DNA of 64,000 nt, from the NCBI RefSeq assembly GCF_963921235.1, contig NC_086097.1, positions 107,572,001 through 107,636,000 of the forward strand, given 5' to 3'. Of the stretch, positions 9,617 through 22,603 are shown piece by piece (position 1 is the first letter of the stretch; each line of letters opens with the position of its first letter). Source of the DNA: Mobula hypostoma. Taxonomy: Eukaryota. The position numbers were made by a program, and so were the translations under genes. Below the pieces are notes generated by a model that was given only the letters and a program-made list of their open reading frames with translations, did no database searches and was not told the DNA's origin.

Positions 9617-10293
9617 GCAACACTCACAACACGCTGGAGGAACTCAGCAGGTCAGGCAGCATCCGTGGAAAAGATCGGTCGATGTTTTGGGCCGGAACCC
9701 TTCGTCAGGACTGTAGGGGGAAGGGGCAGAGGCCCTATAAAGAAGGTGGGGGAGGGTGGGAAGGAGAAGGCTAGTAGGTTCCAGGTGAAAAACCAGTAAG
9801 GGGAAAGATAAAGGGGTGGGGGAGGGGAAGCAGGGAGGTGATAGGCAGGAAAGGTGAAGAAGGAATAGGGGAAAACACAATGGGTAGTAGAAGGAGGCAG
9901 AACCAAGAGGGAGGAGGTAGGCAGCTGGGGAAGGGGCAGAGAGACATAGGGATAGGGGAAATGGGAGGGGGAGGGAATTACCAGAAGTTGGAGAATTCTA
10001 TGTTCATACCAAGGGGCTGGAGACTACCTAGACGGTATATGAGGCGTTGCTCCTCCAACCTGAGTTCAGCCTCATCATGGCAGTAGAGGAGGCCATGTAT
10101 AGACATATCTGAATAGGAGTGGGAAGCAGAGTTGAAGTGGGTGGCTACTGGGAGATCCTGTCTGTTTTGGCGGACAGAGCGGAGGTGCTCGACGAAGCGG
10201 TCCCCCAATCTGCGTCGGGTTTCACCGATGTGCCTCCAGCGTGTTGTGAGTGTTGCTTTGACCCCAGTATCTGCAGGTTATCTTGTGTTTTAA
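9617..10293 (-). mobile_element. Penelope-like element, 5'-truncated (GIY-YIG endonuclease C-terminus plus pseudo-LTR), with an inverted pLTR piece
   Basis: Translates as IGETRRRLGDRFVEH...PVATHFN...EQRLIYRLGSLQPLGMNIEF. A 26-bp inverted repeat sits at 9615-9640 / 10233-10258, and the flanking 11-bp direct repeat ATGGATCCTAA at 9606-9616 and 10294-10304. Confidence 0.9.
9676..9713 (-). ncRNA. Decayed minimal hammerhead ribozyme in the Penelope pLTR
   Basis: Minus strand reads CAGTC CTGACGA AGGG TTCCGG CCC AAAA C ATC GACCG. The CUGANGA box and stem II are intact; the GAAA box is mutated to AAAA and GTC to ATC. Confidence 0.7.
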
Positions 10294-10439
10294 ATGGATC
10301 CTAAAATGGCTCTGAGATTGGAATTGGGAATTGCAAATTGAAACCCAAGGAAACGGAATGAAATTCTTTCACTGCTTGTGATGCGGATTTGGAAGTAAAC
10401 TGATACTACACAAATTAGAATAAAGATCACTTCTAACAT

Positions 10440-10920
10440 GGAAGAAGGTCACTCACCTGATACTAACCTTGCTTGTATAAAAAGAGCCCCCTAATCCTAA
10501 TTTCCAGCGTTCAATTGATTACTATGCAGCTAGTGCCTTTCTAATACAGTACATAAACTTTTTTAAAAAGGTGACAAGAGTTTCTGCCTCTGTCACATTT
10601 CAGATGGTGAGTTCCAGATTCATACTGTCCACCAGCAAAAACAGTTTACCTTCCCCCAGTCCTTCTAGCGATTACTTTAAATCCATGCCCTTTGTTTTTC
10701 ACTGCTTTCATTAATCCTTCCTATTTATTCAGTCTTGCATGTTCATCATTTATTACATTTTCCAATGAAAACAACACTACCTTCTCCAATCTTTCCTTAT
10801 AGGTACCATTTCCCAGTCCTTACAGCATCCTCGTCAATCTCCTGTATACTCTCCAGTGTAATTTCTTCTTTCCTGTGCTGTGGAGTTCAGAATGAACACA
10901 GTTTTCCAAATATGGCCTAA
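10440..10920 (-). mobile_element. Old, heavily diverged CR1 3' fragment
   Basis: Degenerate similarity to the reverse complement of the CR1 ORF2 end (for example 10825-10920 resembles 7225-7330). Confidence 0.55.
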
Positions 10921-10944
10921 AACATCAGGCCAGTACTGGACCTC

Positions 10945-13805
10945 AAGAGCTAGAATTTGTAGAATGTCTAACAGATGGCTTTTTAGAACAGCTGGTGTTG
11001 AGCCCACTAGGGGATCAGCTGTGCTGGATTGGGTGTTGTGCAATGATCCGGAGATGATAATAGAGTTTAAGATTAAGGAACCTTTAGGGAGCAATGATCA
11101 CAATATGATCAAGTTCACTTTGAAATTTGAGAAGGAGAAACTAAATTCCAATGTGTTGGTATTTCAGTGGAATAAAGGAAATTACAATGGCCTGAGAAGT
11201 GAACTGGCCAAAGTTGACTGGAAAGGGACACTAGCAGGAAGGACAGCAGAGCAGCAAGACTGGAGTTTCTGTGAAAAATGAGGGAAGTGCAAGACAGATA
11301 TTTTCCAAATAAGAAGGAATTTTCAAATGCAAGAAGGACACTATCATGGCTGCAAGTGAAGTCAGAGTGGAAGTAAAAGCAAAGGGGCATACAAGGAAGC
11401 CAAAGCTAGTGGGAAGATAGAGGATTGGGAAGCTTTTAAAAACTATGAAAGGAAACTAATATCAAAGAAGATACTAAATGCTTTTAAGTATATAAAGGGC
11501 AAGAGAGAGTTGAGGGTAGATATAGGACGAATAGAAAATGACGCTGGAGATATTGTAATGAGGGACACAGTGATGGCAGAGGAACTGAATGTGTATTTTC
11601 CATCAGTCTTCACAGTGGAAGACATCTGCAGTATACCAGACATTCAAGAGTGTCGGCTAAATGAAGTACGTGCAGTGAAAATTACGACTGAGAAGGTGCT
11701 CAGGAAACTTAATGGACTGAGGGTAGATAAATCTCCTGGACCTGATGGAATGCACCCTCGCATTCTGAAGGAAGTAACTGGAGAGATTGCGGAGGCATTA
11801 ACAATGATCTTTCAAGAATTGATAGATTCTGACATTGTACCAGGTGACTGGAAAATTGCAAATGTTACTCTGCTATTTAAGTAGGGTGGGAAGCAGCAGA
11901 AAGGAAACTATAGACGTGTTAGCCTGACATCAGTGGTTGGGAAGTTGTTGGAATCGATTGTTAGGGATGAGGTTACGGAGTACCTGGAGACACATGACAA
12001 GATAGGCCAAAGCCAGCATAGTTTCCTCAAAGGAAAATCCGGCCTGACTAATCTACTGCAATTTTTTGAGGAAATTACAAGCAGGGTAGACAAAGCAGAT
12101 GCAGTCGATGTGGTGTACTTGGATTTTCAGGTGTTTGACAAGGTGCTGCACATGAGGCTGCTTATCAAGATAAGAGTCCATGGAATTACAATGGAGTTAC
12201 TAGCATGGGTGGGGCATTGGCTGATCAACAGAAAACAGAGAGTGGGAATAAAGGGATCCTATTCTGTTTGGTTGCCGGTTACCAGTAGAGTTCCACAGGG
12301 TTCGGTGTTGGGACTGCTGCTTTTTACGATGTATGTCAATGATTTGGACTATGAAATTAATGGATTTGTGACTAAATTTGCTGATGATACAAAGATAGGT
12401 GGAGGAGCGGGTAGTGTTGAGGAAACAGGGAGCCTGCAGAGAGACTTAGATAGTTTAGGGAAATGGGCAAAGAAGTGGCAAATGAAATACAATGTTGGAA
12501 AGTGTATGGCCATACATTTTGGTGGAAGAAATAAACGGGCAAACTATTATTTAGATGGGGAGAAAATTCAAAATGCAGAGATGCAAAATGTATTGGGAGT
12601 TCTTGTGCAGGATACCCTAAAGGTTAACCTCCAGGTTGAGTTGGTGGTGCAGAAAGCGAATGTAATGTTGGCATTCATTTCTAGAGGTATAGAATCTAAG
12701 AGCAGGGATGTGGTGTTGAGGCTCTATAAAGCACTCGTGAGACCACACTTGGAGTATTATGTGCAGTTTTAGGCTCTTTATTTTAGAAAAGATATACTGA
12801 CATTGGAAAGGGTTCAGAGAACATTCACGAGAATGATTCCAGTAATGAAAGGATTGCTGTATGAGGAACGTCTGACAGCCCTTGGGCTGTATTCCCTTGG
12901 AGTTCAGGAGAATGAGGGGGATCTCATAGAAACATTCCAAACGTTAAAAGGCCTGAACAGATTAGATATGGCAAAATTATTTCCCATGGTAGTGGAGTCT
13001 AGGACAAGAGGGCATGACTTCAGTATTGAAGAACGTCCATTTAGAACAGAGATGTGGAGAAATTAGTCAGAGAGTGGTAAATCTGTGGAATTTGTTTCCA
13101 GGAGCAGCTGTAGAGGCCAAGTCATTGGGTGTATTTAAGGCAGAGAAAGATTGATTCTTGATTAGCCAGGGCATCAAAGGGTAAGGGGAGAAGGCAGGGG
13201 AGTGGGGATGACTGGAAAAGCTGGATCAGCCCATAATTGAATGGCGGAGCAGACTCGATTTGAAGAAGTTTTTGAAGATATTGGGGATGCAGGGGTTAAT
13301 GACCTTCAAGGACTTTGTACTCTGTTAGCATAAGTTGCATCCTTTGTTTTTTGCTTTTTGCAGCTGAGGTTGTGAAATAGCTAAGCTACTTCTTTGTTTC
13401 AATCAAGGACAGAACTGTCTGATTCTGTAGAGTAACAGATGTGTGTGTGTGACAAACACTTTGAGGCTGACTACTTCTTTGTCTGGCTTTCTGTATCTTG
13501 TAGTTTGACAAACCTGTACTAAGAATTGGAAAACAACTCCATATATGGATAAGATGGCCTCTTTGAATTGTATAAACGTTGCTGTATGTAACCTACCGAT
13601 AGAAGTCCGGTACAAGCTCCACGAGGGAGAGGAACTTTGTCCCTCTGGTAGCCAGCTCCGGAGCTTCTTGCCGGCTGAGTTTGAATAAATAAACTGGTGA
13701 AAAGGATAAAGTAAAGAACTGTTTGTAGTGTGGTTATTGGTCCAGCAAATTTAAGTTTATAGATGGGCCAATTGGCCTATTTCTGCTCCTATATCTTATG
13801 GTCTT
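10945..13805 (+). mobile_element. 5'-truncated CR1 LINE (endonuclease C-terminus, RT and 3' tail), same family as 1498-3472
   Basis: Motifs EPTRGSAVLDWVLCN, LGSNDHNMI, KSPGPDG, PQGSVLG and KFADDTK, with several stops and frameshifts. The tail is split after GACTC at ~13256 and resumes GATGGGCC...TCTTATGGTCTT at 13762. Confidence 0.93.
13261..13761 (+). mobile_element. Probable solo LTR (~500 bp) inserted in the CR1 3' tail
   Basis: Interrupts an otherwise contiguous CR1 tail. Starts TG and ends TA (possibly a mutated CA), flanked by GATT/GATG. Has TATAAA at ~13572 and AATAAA at 13685. Confidence 0.6.
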
Positions 13806-14305
13806 AAACAGTTTTGAATATAACTCAAGCATAATCTGACAACTCTTGTACTCTCTGACTTGTCTAATAAAGGAAAACATTATATGCCATTTTAACCAAC
13901 ATATTGACCTCTTCACTAGCTTGGAACTAGTTTTATCAGACTTCTCTCTCTGGAGTGTTGGGATGAAATGCTACCATGCTATCCAAAAAACTCAGCATTG
14001 TGGATGGGCCGCCAAGACATCAGTGTTGCTTAAGCTCCAAAACTCCAAGCTCATGCTTCTCAGTCACTCCTGTAGCTGAGGTTGTCCTGGACATGTTGGA
14101 GTTTAAGACTGCCTTTATATTAGATTATAATGAAACCACTTCTGCCACTTACTACAGCAAACTTACCTACTCATTAAAAATAACAAGTTTTATACTCTGG
14201 AAAAAATATACTTATACACTAATACACTAAATACTCTAATGAATGACAAAATTATTGTCATTAGTGCCAAAACTATCTGAGAAATTGTTGAAAGAATATT
14301 GGTTT

Positions 14306-15276
14306 CTCATTCCCAGCGACATACTGTAAATATTAGATATTGAACCATTATGAAATAATTTCAAATTAAAAATTACATCTAATAAGTTCTTATCGGGACT
14401 TTAGACAAAAATCCTTGGGAACAAGATTTACAGACTTCAATTTCTGAGGAAACTTGGAATGAAGTATTTAAATTGGTTAACACTTTATCATTATGTGCCC
14501 GCCACTCCCTCTTACAATTTAAAGTGGTCCATAGGGCCCACATGACCAAGGATAAGCTATTTGGTTTTTTTTAGGATATATCTCCCTTTTGTGATATTTG
14601 TAATAATGGAGAAGCTTCACTAATTCATATGTTTTGGACATGTCCGAGTCTTGGGAAATACTGGAAGGATGTATTTCAAACTTTCTCTGTACTTTTCAAA
14701 GTAAATTTTAAGCCTAACCCTTTGACTGCTTTATTCAGTATTGTTGGAGAAAAAGATACTATTCTGGGGACATTTGATTTGCACATCTTGGCTTTTATTT
14801 CTCTTATAGCTAGGAGGACGCTCTTGCTTAAGTGGAAGGATGTCATTCCACCTACTCACGCTCAATGGTTATGTGATATTATGTCATGTTTAAATTTAGG
14901 AAAGATCCGTTGTTCAATTTCTGAATCTAGCCAAGACTTTCACACATAGTGGGGACCATTTTTGAACTATTTTCAAAATCTTTGATGTGTTGTTAAAGTA
15001 CAGACGTTGGCTAATAACATATTTCACTCTATGATAAGAATTTGTTTTTCCTTCTTTCTTTCTTTACCAAGCAGCTTCGATCTTAGTTGTGGGTTTAGAT
15101 TTTATTGTACAATAATAAAATTATCATATTTCAATATGATTTAATTTAATTTACATGAATATAGAGTAATGAGGTTGCAAGTGTGATTCAAATTTATCTT
15201 TTTTTTGACTTATAATATATGCTTCTTGTACTCTGTGTTCTTCTATGTAGAAATTAATAATAAAAATATTGAAAAA
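14306..15276 (+). mobile_element. 5'-truncated and 5'-inverted L1-clade LINE
   Basis: ORF2 C-terminus reads WEQDL..ISEETW, LQFKVVHR and CDIC...LIHMFWTCP (CCHC region), followed by an A-rich tail. A perfect 16-bp TSD GAAAGAATATTGGTTT lies at 14290-14305 and 15277-15292. Confidence 0.9.
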
Positions 15277-15344
15277 GAAAGAATATTGGTTTGATGTGGT
15301 TAATGGGAAATCCTGAATGAGATGCACCTTAGTGTAGTCCATAA

Positions 15345-16215
<871 letters not shown>

Positions 16216-17067
16216 GTCCATAACACTGAGAAGGCTTACAAAGGGTAAAGACTTTTATTGGCACCCACCACCCACCCTGCAGACCTCAGCAAAGGGAAGT
16301 TAGTGGCCTGGTAATAATGGTGCAGAGCTGCAGGAGAGTAAATGTTTTTGAAACCTTGCACAAAGGTTCATATATCATGGAATTAATGCAAGTGACACAT
16401 TTCACAAATTGTTTTGACGTACATGTGAGAAATAAACTTGAATCTTGAATGGAAAAGGGTGGTCCAATTGTAAATCTGTTGCAATTTCCTGAAGAATAAA
16501 ATGAGAGTTTGATTTGTCAATAAAATTGCTTCTTCAAGCCTTCCAAAGATTAAAATGACAATAGTCTACAATTGTGATTACGATAACAAACTCTGCTCTT
16601 CTGTGGGACAAGGAAGGTGGATCCCTAGAAGCAGACTCACCCAATTCTCTTCTACACGAACGTTCAATGCAATAAAACAGGCCCACTTAATAATTGTCAT
16701 TGGAAGGAGAATGGGGAAATGACAACATGTCCGTGCTGAATCAAATCTGCCCACCATATGATAAAAATGCTGTGTGAAATTCTGCAAATGGAAGTCAATG
16801 TCACATTGGACATACGAGAGGGTGTTCACACAGTATCTCAGTACGAGCACCTTGAGGACAGGAGTAATCGGATATGAAATATAGGGCAGCATCATGTTTA
16901 CTATCCAAAATGTTCTGTTGAGTGGGTATGAAGAATTCCTTATGTACTATGATTTGACAGTAAATGTGCACAATATTTTTAACTTGCAACAAATGCAGTT
17001 GGTAACAGATAAGGTAAGAGCAAATAGTGATTTAACAATAATGAGTAGCAAAGTTTGTCAAACTGTG

Positions 17068-17256
17068 ACAAACAAGAGAAAATCTGCAGATGCTGGAAGT
17101 CCAAGTAGCACTCACAAAATGCTGGAGGAACTCAGCAGGCCAGGCAGCATCTAAAGAATGACATTTCATGCTATGACCCTCAGTATGATTCAGAAACTGT
17201 ACTCTTTTCCATAGATGCTGCCTGGCTTTCTGAATTCCTTCAGCATTTTGAGTGTG
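17068..17256. mobile_element. Penelope pLTR-derived palindromic remnant
   Basis: Shares the CTGCAGATGCTGG...GCTGGAGGAACTCAGCAGG.CAGGCAGCATC sequence with the element at 9617. Imperfect inverted arms at ~17112-17153 and 17212-17256. Confidence 0.75.
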
Positions 17257-17889
17257 GAACTAAACTGTGAACGGCTTACAGGAAATATGTAAACTGGTAG
17301 CAGGCAGATGCTGAATGGCATTATTCAAAGGGTACAAAAGTGAAATCTGATACAAAAATGGAGTATAGGAAAAGAAGCAAATGTGATTTTTTTGGGACAG
17401 AACATTAAATGCTAGAAATACTTAACAGATCAGGCAGCATCTGTGGAAAGAGAAAGAGACTTACTGGTCTAGCACTCTTCACAGAATGGGGAAAGAAAGA
17501 AATACATTAGTTGGCGGGGGGAGGGTATGGATGGAAGAGGAGTTTCTTCTGAAGGCTGAGACTAGATGACCTAAAGTGGCAATTAAAGTCAGATTAAGCT
17601 TCGTGTGTGTAATCTGTTGGATTTAGAATTGTAGGGCAATACAAAACAGGAAAAGTTAAGGCAAAATGGACATTTGGACAAATGGACATAGCCAACAATG
17701 GACATTTCTTATACAAAGAGGAAACAAAGTGAGTTATCTAAAGTTGGCTGACCATCAAGAATCAGAACGCAAAATGTTGCAACACCATATGTTGTACCTG
17801 GTGGCACCTTTTAAAGTCAACAGGGGAATACTTACAATGGTTGGAAGTGTGCATCGCCAAAAGGAAGACAACTGTGGTTATTGGAATTC

Positions 17890-18340
17890 AATCTTTCAAC
17901 TCAAGACCATGCTGCTTCTCAGGGCAGTGTCCTAGCCATCTTCAACTGCTTTAGCAATGATCTACCTTCCATCATAAGGTCTGAAGTGGGTTTGTTTGTA
18001 GATAATTGCACAATGTTGAATTCCATTCACAACTTCTCAGAAAATGAAGCAGAGTCCGCCCGTCCGGAGCAAGATTTAAATAAAACTAAGGGTGCCAAGT
18101 AACATTCGTATTATAAAGTGGCAGACTGTGACCACCACTAATAAGACAGACTCCATACATCTACCCTTAACATTGAAAGGCATTACTATTGCTGAGCCTC
18201 CAACTATCAAAATTCTCAGGGTCATCACCTCCCAATACCATCTTCAAGGCACAAAAGTGATGGGAAACTCTCAACCAGCCTGGATGAGTGCAGCCCCAAA
18301 AAAAACTTCGATACAGTCCAAGACAAAACAACTAACTTGA
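17890..18340 (+). mobile_element. Old CR1/L2-group LINE RT fragment
   Basis: SQGSVL..FNCFSNDLP...LFVDNCT matches degenerate PQGSVL and FADD motifs, with AWMSAAP further downstream. Confidence 0.6.
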
Positions 18341-18979
18341 ATGGTGCCCACAAACCACTGAAAATTATTGTTCCTTGCTTTATTTTTTGCAATCTGGATG
18401 TCACTGACTAGGCCAACACATGCGTCCATCTCTAATTGTGCGAAAGAAAGTGACAGTTTCCTTTCCATGAGCATTCTTCTACTCTGAATGGTAGGATGTT
18501 CTAGGATTACAAACCACCTTTATTGAAGGAAATTCAACATATTTTCAAACCAGGATGGTGTGTGACTTGGAGGCGAACATGGTCATACCAGTATTCCCTT
18601 GAATCTCTAGTCCTAGCAGGCAGCTCTTGAAAGTAAAGTCATGAATTCAGAATGTACTGTTGGAGTAGTCAATAGCAGTAATAGCAGTGTTTTTTTTTAA
18701 AGTTACACACTGATGGTGGAAGGAAGGAATAAAAGGAAAAAATATGCTCCTGTCCCTGTGTTACAGCCACTGTTACAGCTTGCTACAGTTTATTGCAGTT
18801 ACAGTTAATCTGCCCTAACTGCTGGTACAAAATGACCCAGCCTGACCTGTACGACAATGAACTAATAAAACATCTGTAACAATAAGGTTTATGCCTCAGT
18901 CTTGACTTCAAAGATACTTCTGGACAACATTATTGGCAGATTTAATAGCAATGAATCCAAGGATCGAACACTTTACGAA

Positions 18980-19370
18980 TTTCAGTAAGGGAAAATCAAG
19001 GCATTGATGTGAAAAGGGGAAGTATAATCCAAGAGCAGGTTAGTGATAAACATAAAAACCAGATTTATGTAAGAGCTTCTATAGATATAGAAAAGGAAAA
19101 CAATTAGCAACTGTTAGAAAACAGTTCTTTACAAACTGAGACAGCAAAAATTATTTTAAAACAAATTGGTATTGAAGAAATCAATGGAACTGATAGGCAA
19201 TAAGTCTTTGAATTTCTAACTTTCATTGTAGGATCTTGATGAGGCTGGCAAGAGATGATAGATGGATTGGTAGTCATGTTTCAAACTTCCATTGATTGGT
19301 TCACACAAAGTAGAAGGTAGCAAGTGAAACCTCGCTATTTAAGGAAGGACAGGGAGAATAAGTAAGTTTA
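18980..19370 (+). mobile_element. Old, diverged CR1 ORF2 fragment
   Basis: Patchy similarity to 1600-2090, for example GTAGCAAGTGAAACCTCGCTATTTAAGGAAGG versus GAAAATGTCACTCCGCTATTTAAGAAGGG. Confidence 0.5.
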
Positions 19371-19424
19371 GTGGCATCCATGACTGAATTTAGAGTATTG
19401 GGGTCAGAACTCTTCACGATCTAT

Positions 19425-20243
19425 TGTAGCCTGGAAAAATACACACTCAGGACTACAAATACTTCTTCGGGTTTATAATTCCCTTATCTGTTTTAGGTGC
19501 TTTAATGCAGAAACAAGGTATCAAAATAAAAATGAAATGAATTTTTTAAAAAACAGTTCCTGCTGCTTCAATCTCAGCTTGATTTTGGTTCACTCACTCA
19601 TGTATCAACTAGTTACATACACGGCATAAAAATAAATAGCACATATACAAAACCAACGTGGTATTAGCAATTCTAGAAAACAATGCAAACAATATTAGAA
19701 TCCTACCAACCCTGTGCCTTATACACATCAAACACATAGGCTAGACCCTGAAACAAGTTCTCCTTGCACATGCTACGTGAACATTTCATATTACTCCGTT
19801 ACATTCACATTCGGTCATGGAGCAATAAAGTAAGGCAGAAATAAACCTTTACAAATATTTTTACAATATATATAGCCTTGTAGTTAAATTACTAGAAAGA
19901 CTAACCCACTAGGCCTATAAGGAACTTTGCACAACCACGCTATCCAGTGCCGATGAAAATCTAAAGCATCCACATGTAAAACATACCAAATTACCAAAAT
20001 TCTAGATTTACAAACAAGTATACACGAATTTACATGGATATTATCAGACGTTATTCATTTTTCCTCACCATACGATGAGTACTCGGCGTTCTTTCCAGAA
20101 CATGGCAACTCTTCTTTCTACACCGCACGGGCATAATGACATCACCATTTTCTCTTAAAGGCACAGGCAGCTATTTTAGTATTACCAGGGTGAATACTGT
20201 ACATGAGTGCACTTTAACAATAAAAAATGATATTCAGCGGTCA
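19425..20243 (-). repeat. 3' LTR of a Gypsy retrotransposon (~820 bp)
   Basis: On the minus strand it begins TG immediately after the purine tract AGGGGAGAA (20244-20252, preceded by GAGGACG) and ends ...CCAGGCTACA at 19425. Confidence 0.7.
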
Positions 20244-21935
20244 TTCTCCCCTGCACACAGGTAAGCGTCCTCGATTACTCGCTCACTGCAAAAGTACTTT
20301 TAACCACTTTAACTGCTTCTCTGGATAGAACTGAACTTAGACTAGCCAGTATCTGTGACACTGCTGCAGGACTCATGGAGGCCACATCTCAGACTGACCT
20401 TGGTCTGTAATGTGAGTTAGAGTGCTGTCCAGCATTTACTCTTTTACTCCTGCTGGGTGCTGCAACAGGAAGACATCTGACCCTGTACCAACATCTGACC
20501 CTGTATCAACTGTCACAGGCACAATGGTCTCAGTTCCAGAAGTTTTGCTGTCACGGCTAGGGTCGAGATTATGTTCTGACACAACTTCTCCCAACATCAC
20601 ACCATCCTCTGAATCCTCAGAACCTGATTCATATCCAGGGGAGGGCCAGCCTGAATTACAGGAGTTTGCAGTCTTCTTTGAGGAGCTGGGCTTGGAATGT
20701 TCTCACGAGGCCTTATGTCTACCCTGTTCACCCTCTTGCTAGGCCCTCCCTCCAAAGGTATGTAGGTATCCATGTATGTGCTGTCTAGTCTAGTACCCCT
20801 ACCACTGTGTAGACAGTTGCTTTCCAAGCATCCTGGATATTATTACGACCTAATGGTCTGTTCCAGAGGTAAACTAGTGCATTTACATCAATCTGTGGAC
20901 AATGAATTTTATCCTTCTGTCAGGCAATATGTTCTGCAGCCTTCTGTTCAGAGCATTCTTTTGCTCTGGCATTAGCATCCCTCAGTCGTTTCTGATGTAT
21001 GGCTAACCCATCATATCTCCTGTCCACAGACTGTTCCTGCCCCAGCAGAGCATCGACAGGCAAGTGGGGGATCAACACTAAACAGCAGGTAATAAGGGGA
21101 CTATCTGGTGGTTGTGTGAGGCATCACATTATACCCATACACTAACTCGGGTAGATGCTCTGGCCACCTGCGTTTCTTTTCTGGAGGCAACGTATGCAAC
21201 AAATCATGCATCATCCTGTTGAAACGCTCACACTGAGTATTGCCAGTAGGATGATGGGGGATAGTACGACTTTTCTTTAGCCAGTACAGTTTGCAAAGCT
21301 CAGTTATGACCTCACTTTCGAAGTTACTAGTCCTGGTCAGAATGCAAACTCTTAGGAACACCAGTAAATTCATAAACCATTCCCTTTAGAGCACCTTTGC
21401 TGTGGTATCTGCCTTTTGATCCTGAGTTGGGAATGCTTGGATGAATTTTGTAAAAACATCCGTGACTACGAAGACATTCTCACGCCCGTCAGCTGCTGGC
21501 TCAAGCACAGTGAAATCTACAGCGACAACTTCGAGTGGCCTAGAAGCACGGAATAATTTCATGGGGGAACAAATCTTAGGGTGTGGCATTTTAGTTAACA
21601 CACAACATGGACAACCTTTGATCCACCAAGCCACATCCTCATGCATGCCTACCCAAAAACATCTACTTTTCAACAAGTGCAAAGTATACTCTATGTCTTG
21701 ATGACCCATAGAGTCATGAATATATGCTAACACTTTACTCCTCAAGTTGGCAGGTAGCAGAAGCTGATAACAATCCCCGTCCTCAACTACATGATACAGT
21801 AACCGCTTTCGCACCCTGATCCTGTCCCAGTGCTTTAACAGAGACAAAACAGGTTTAGGCAGAATGTTACATTCCGTTCCATTCAGCTTGTAATTTTTCA
21901 GTAGCATCCATAATGGTAACTTCAGGACCTTGTAT
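20244..21935 (-). mobile_element. Gypsy/Ty3 internal fragment: degraded integrase and pol C-terminus
   Basis: HHCC zinc finger (HDSMGHQ...FWVGM...CPCC), [30 protein letters not shown] and [13 protein letters not shown] in ORFs 21386-21907 and 21101-21373. Confidence 0.9.
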
Positions 21936-22603
21936 TCAAATATTTATTTCATTCAAATGGTTAAAAATATCTACCAAGTAAGCCAACTCATGGATACAAT
22001 CCTTTTTTTCAAACTGTTCCAAGAGTGGGGTTTCTTTTTCTTTCAGAAAAAGTGAAATTTCTGTTGTTAGTTTGAACGAGTGCTTCAGACTTGTCCTCTT
22101 TAAAGCCAGCCAACTTCTGTGTGATGAAAAACACTTCATATTCTGCACCCATTTTTTGACTAAATCTTTCGCAATGCAATTATTCAGAGACTGGCTTTTC
22201 ATAAAGTTGATGAACTTATGGTTGTGGACAAAACCTCTTTCAAGGTTGTTGGAAGAGTCTTTGTTGCCAGTGCAAGTCTGTATAAAACAACAACGAGAGC
22301 TTCCTTTTTCATTAAAGTAGCAAAACCGGAAGTTATCAAGCATCACAGGAGCTCCATCTGAGCAAAGAATATGATGTTTTTCTTTCCTGTCAAAGTTTTG
22401 TTTGACAAAAGCAGCTTTTTTTTTTACCATTTCCAAAACACTGACAGCCTTTGCAGTTTCCAAAAGGGACTCACAAAATAAGAATTCTTCTTTGATGGCA
22501 TCAGCCTGCATATAACAAACATAAACCAGGAGCTGACTGTATTGAGAGAGATATCTGTAGTTTCATCCAGTTCCATATGGAACAGGTATTGCAAGGCTGC
22601 TAA
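21936..22603 (-). pseudogene. hAT (Charlie/Buster-type) transposase internal fragment
   Basis: LDETTDIS (first catalytic Asp), IKEEFLFC, CSDGAPVM, an SWL/RWL-like motif and LAYLVDIFNHLNEIN. No TIRs are visible. Confidence 0.88.

Noticed and set aside
16230..19420. Short ORFs (60-105 aa) as host exons
   Set aside because: They show no recognisable domains or consistent splice pattern, and the region is AT-rich with old LINE debris. Small exons cannot be fully excluded by eye.
21936..22603. Domesticated ZBED/SCAND/GTF2IRD2-like host gene
   Set aside because: The fragment is frameshifted, truncated at both ends and embedded among other decayed elements.
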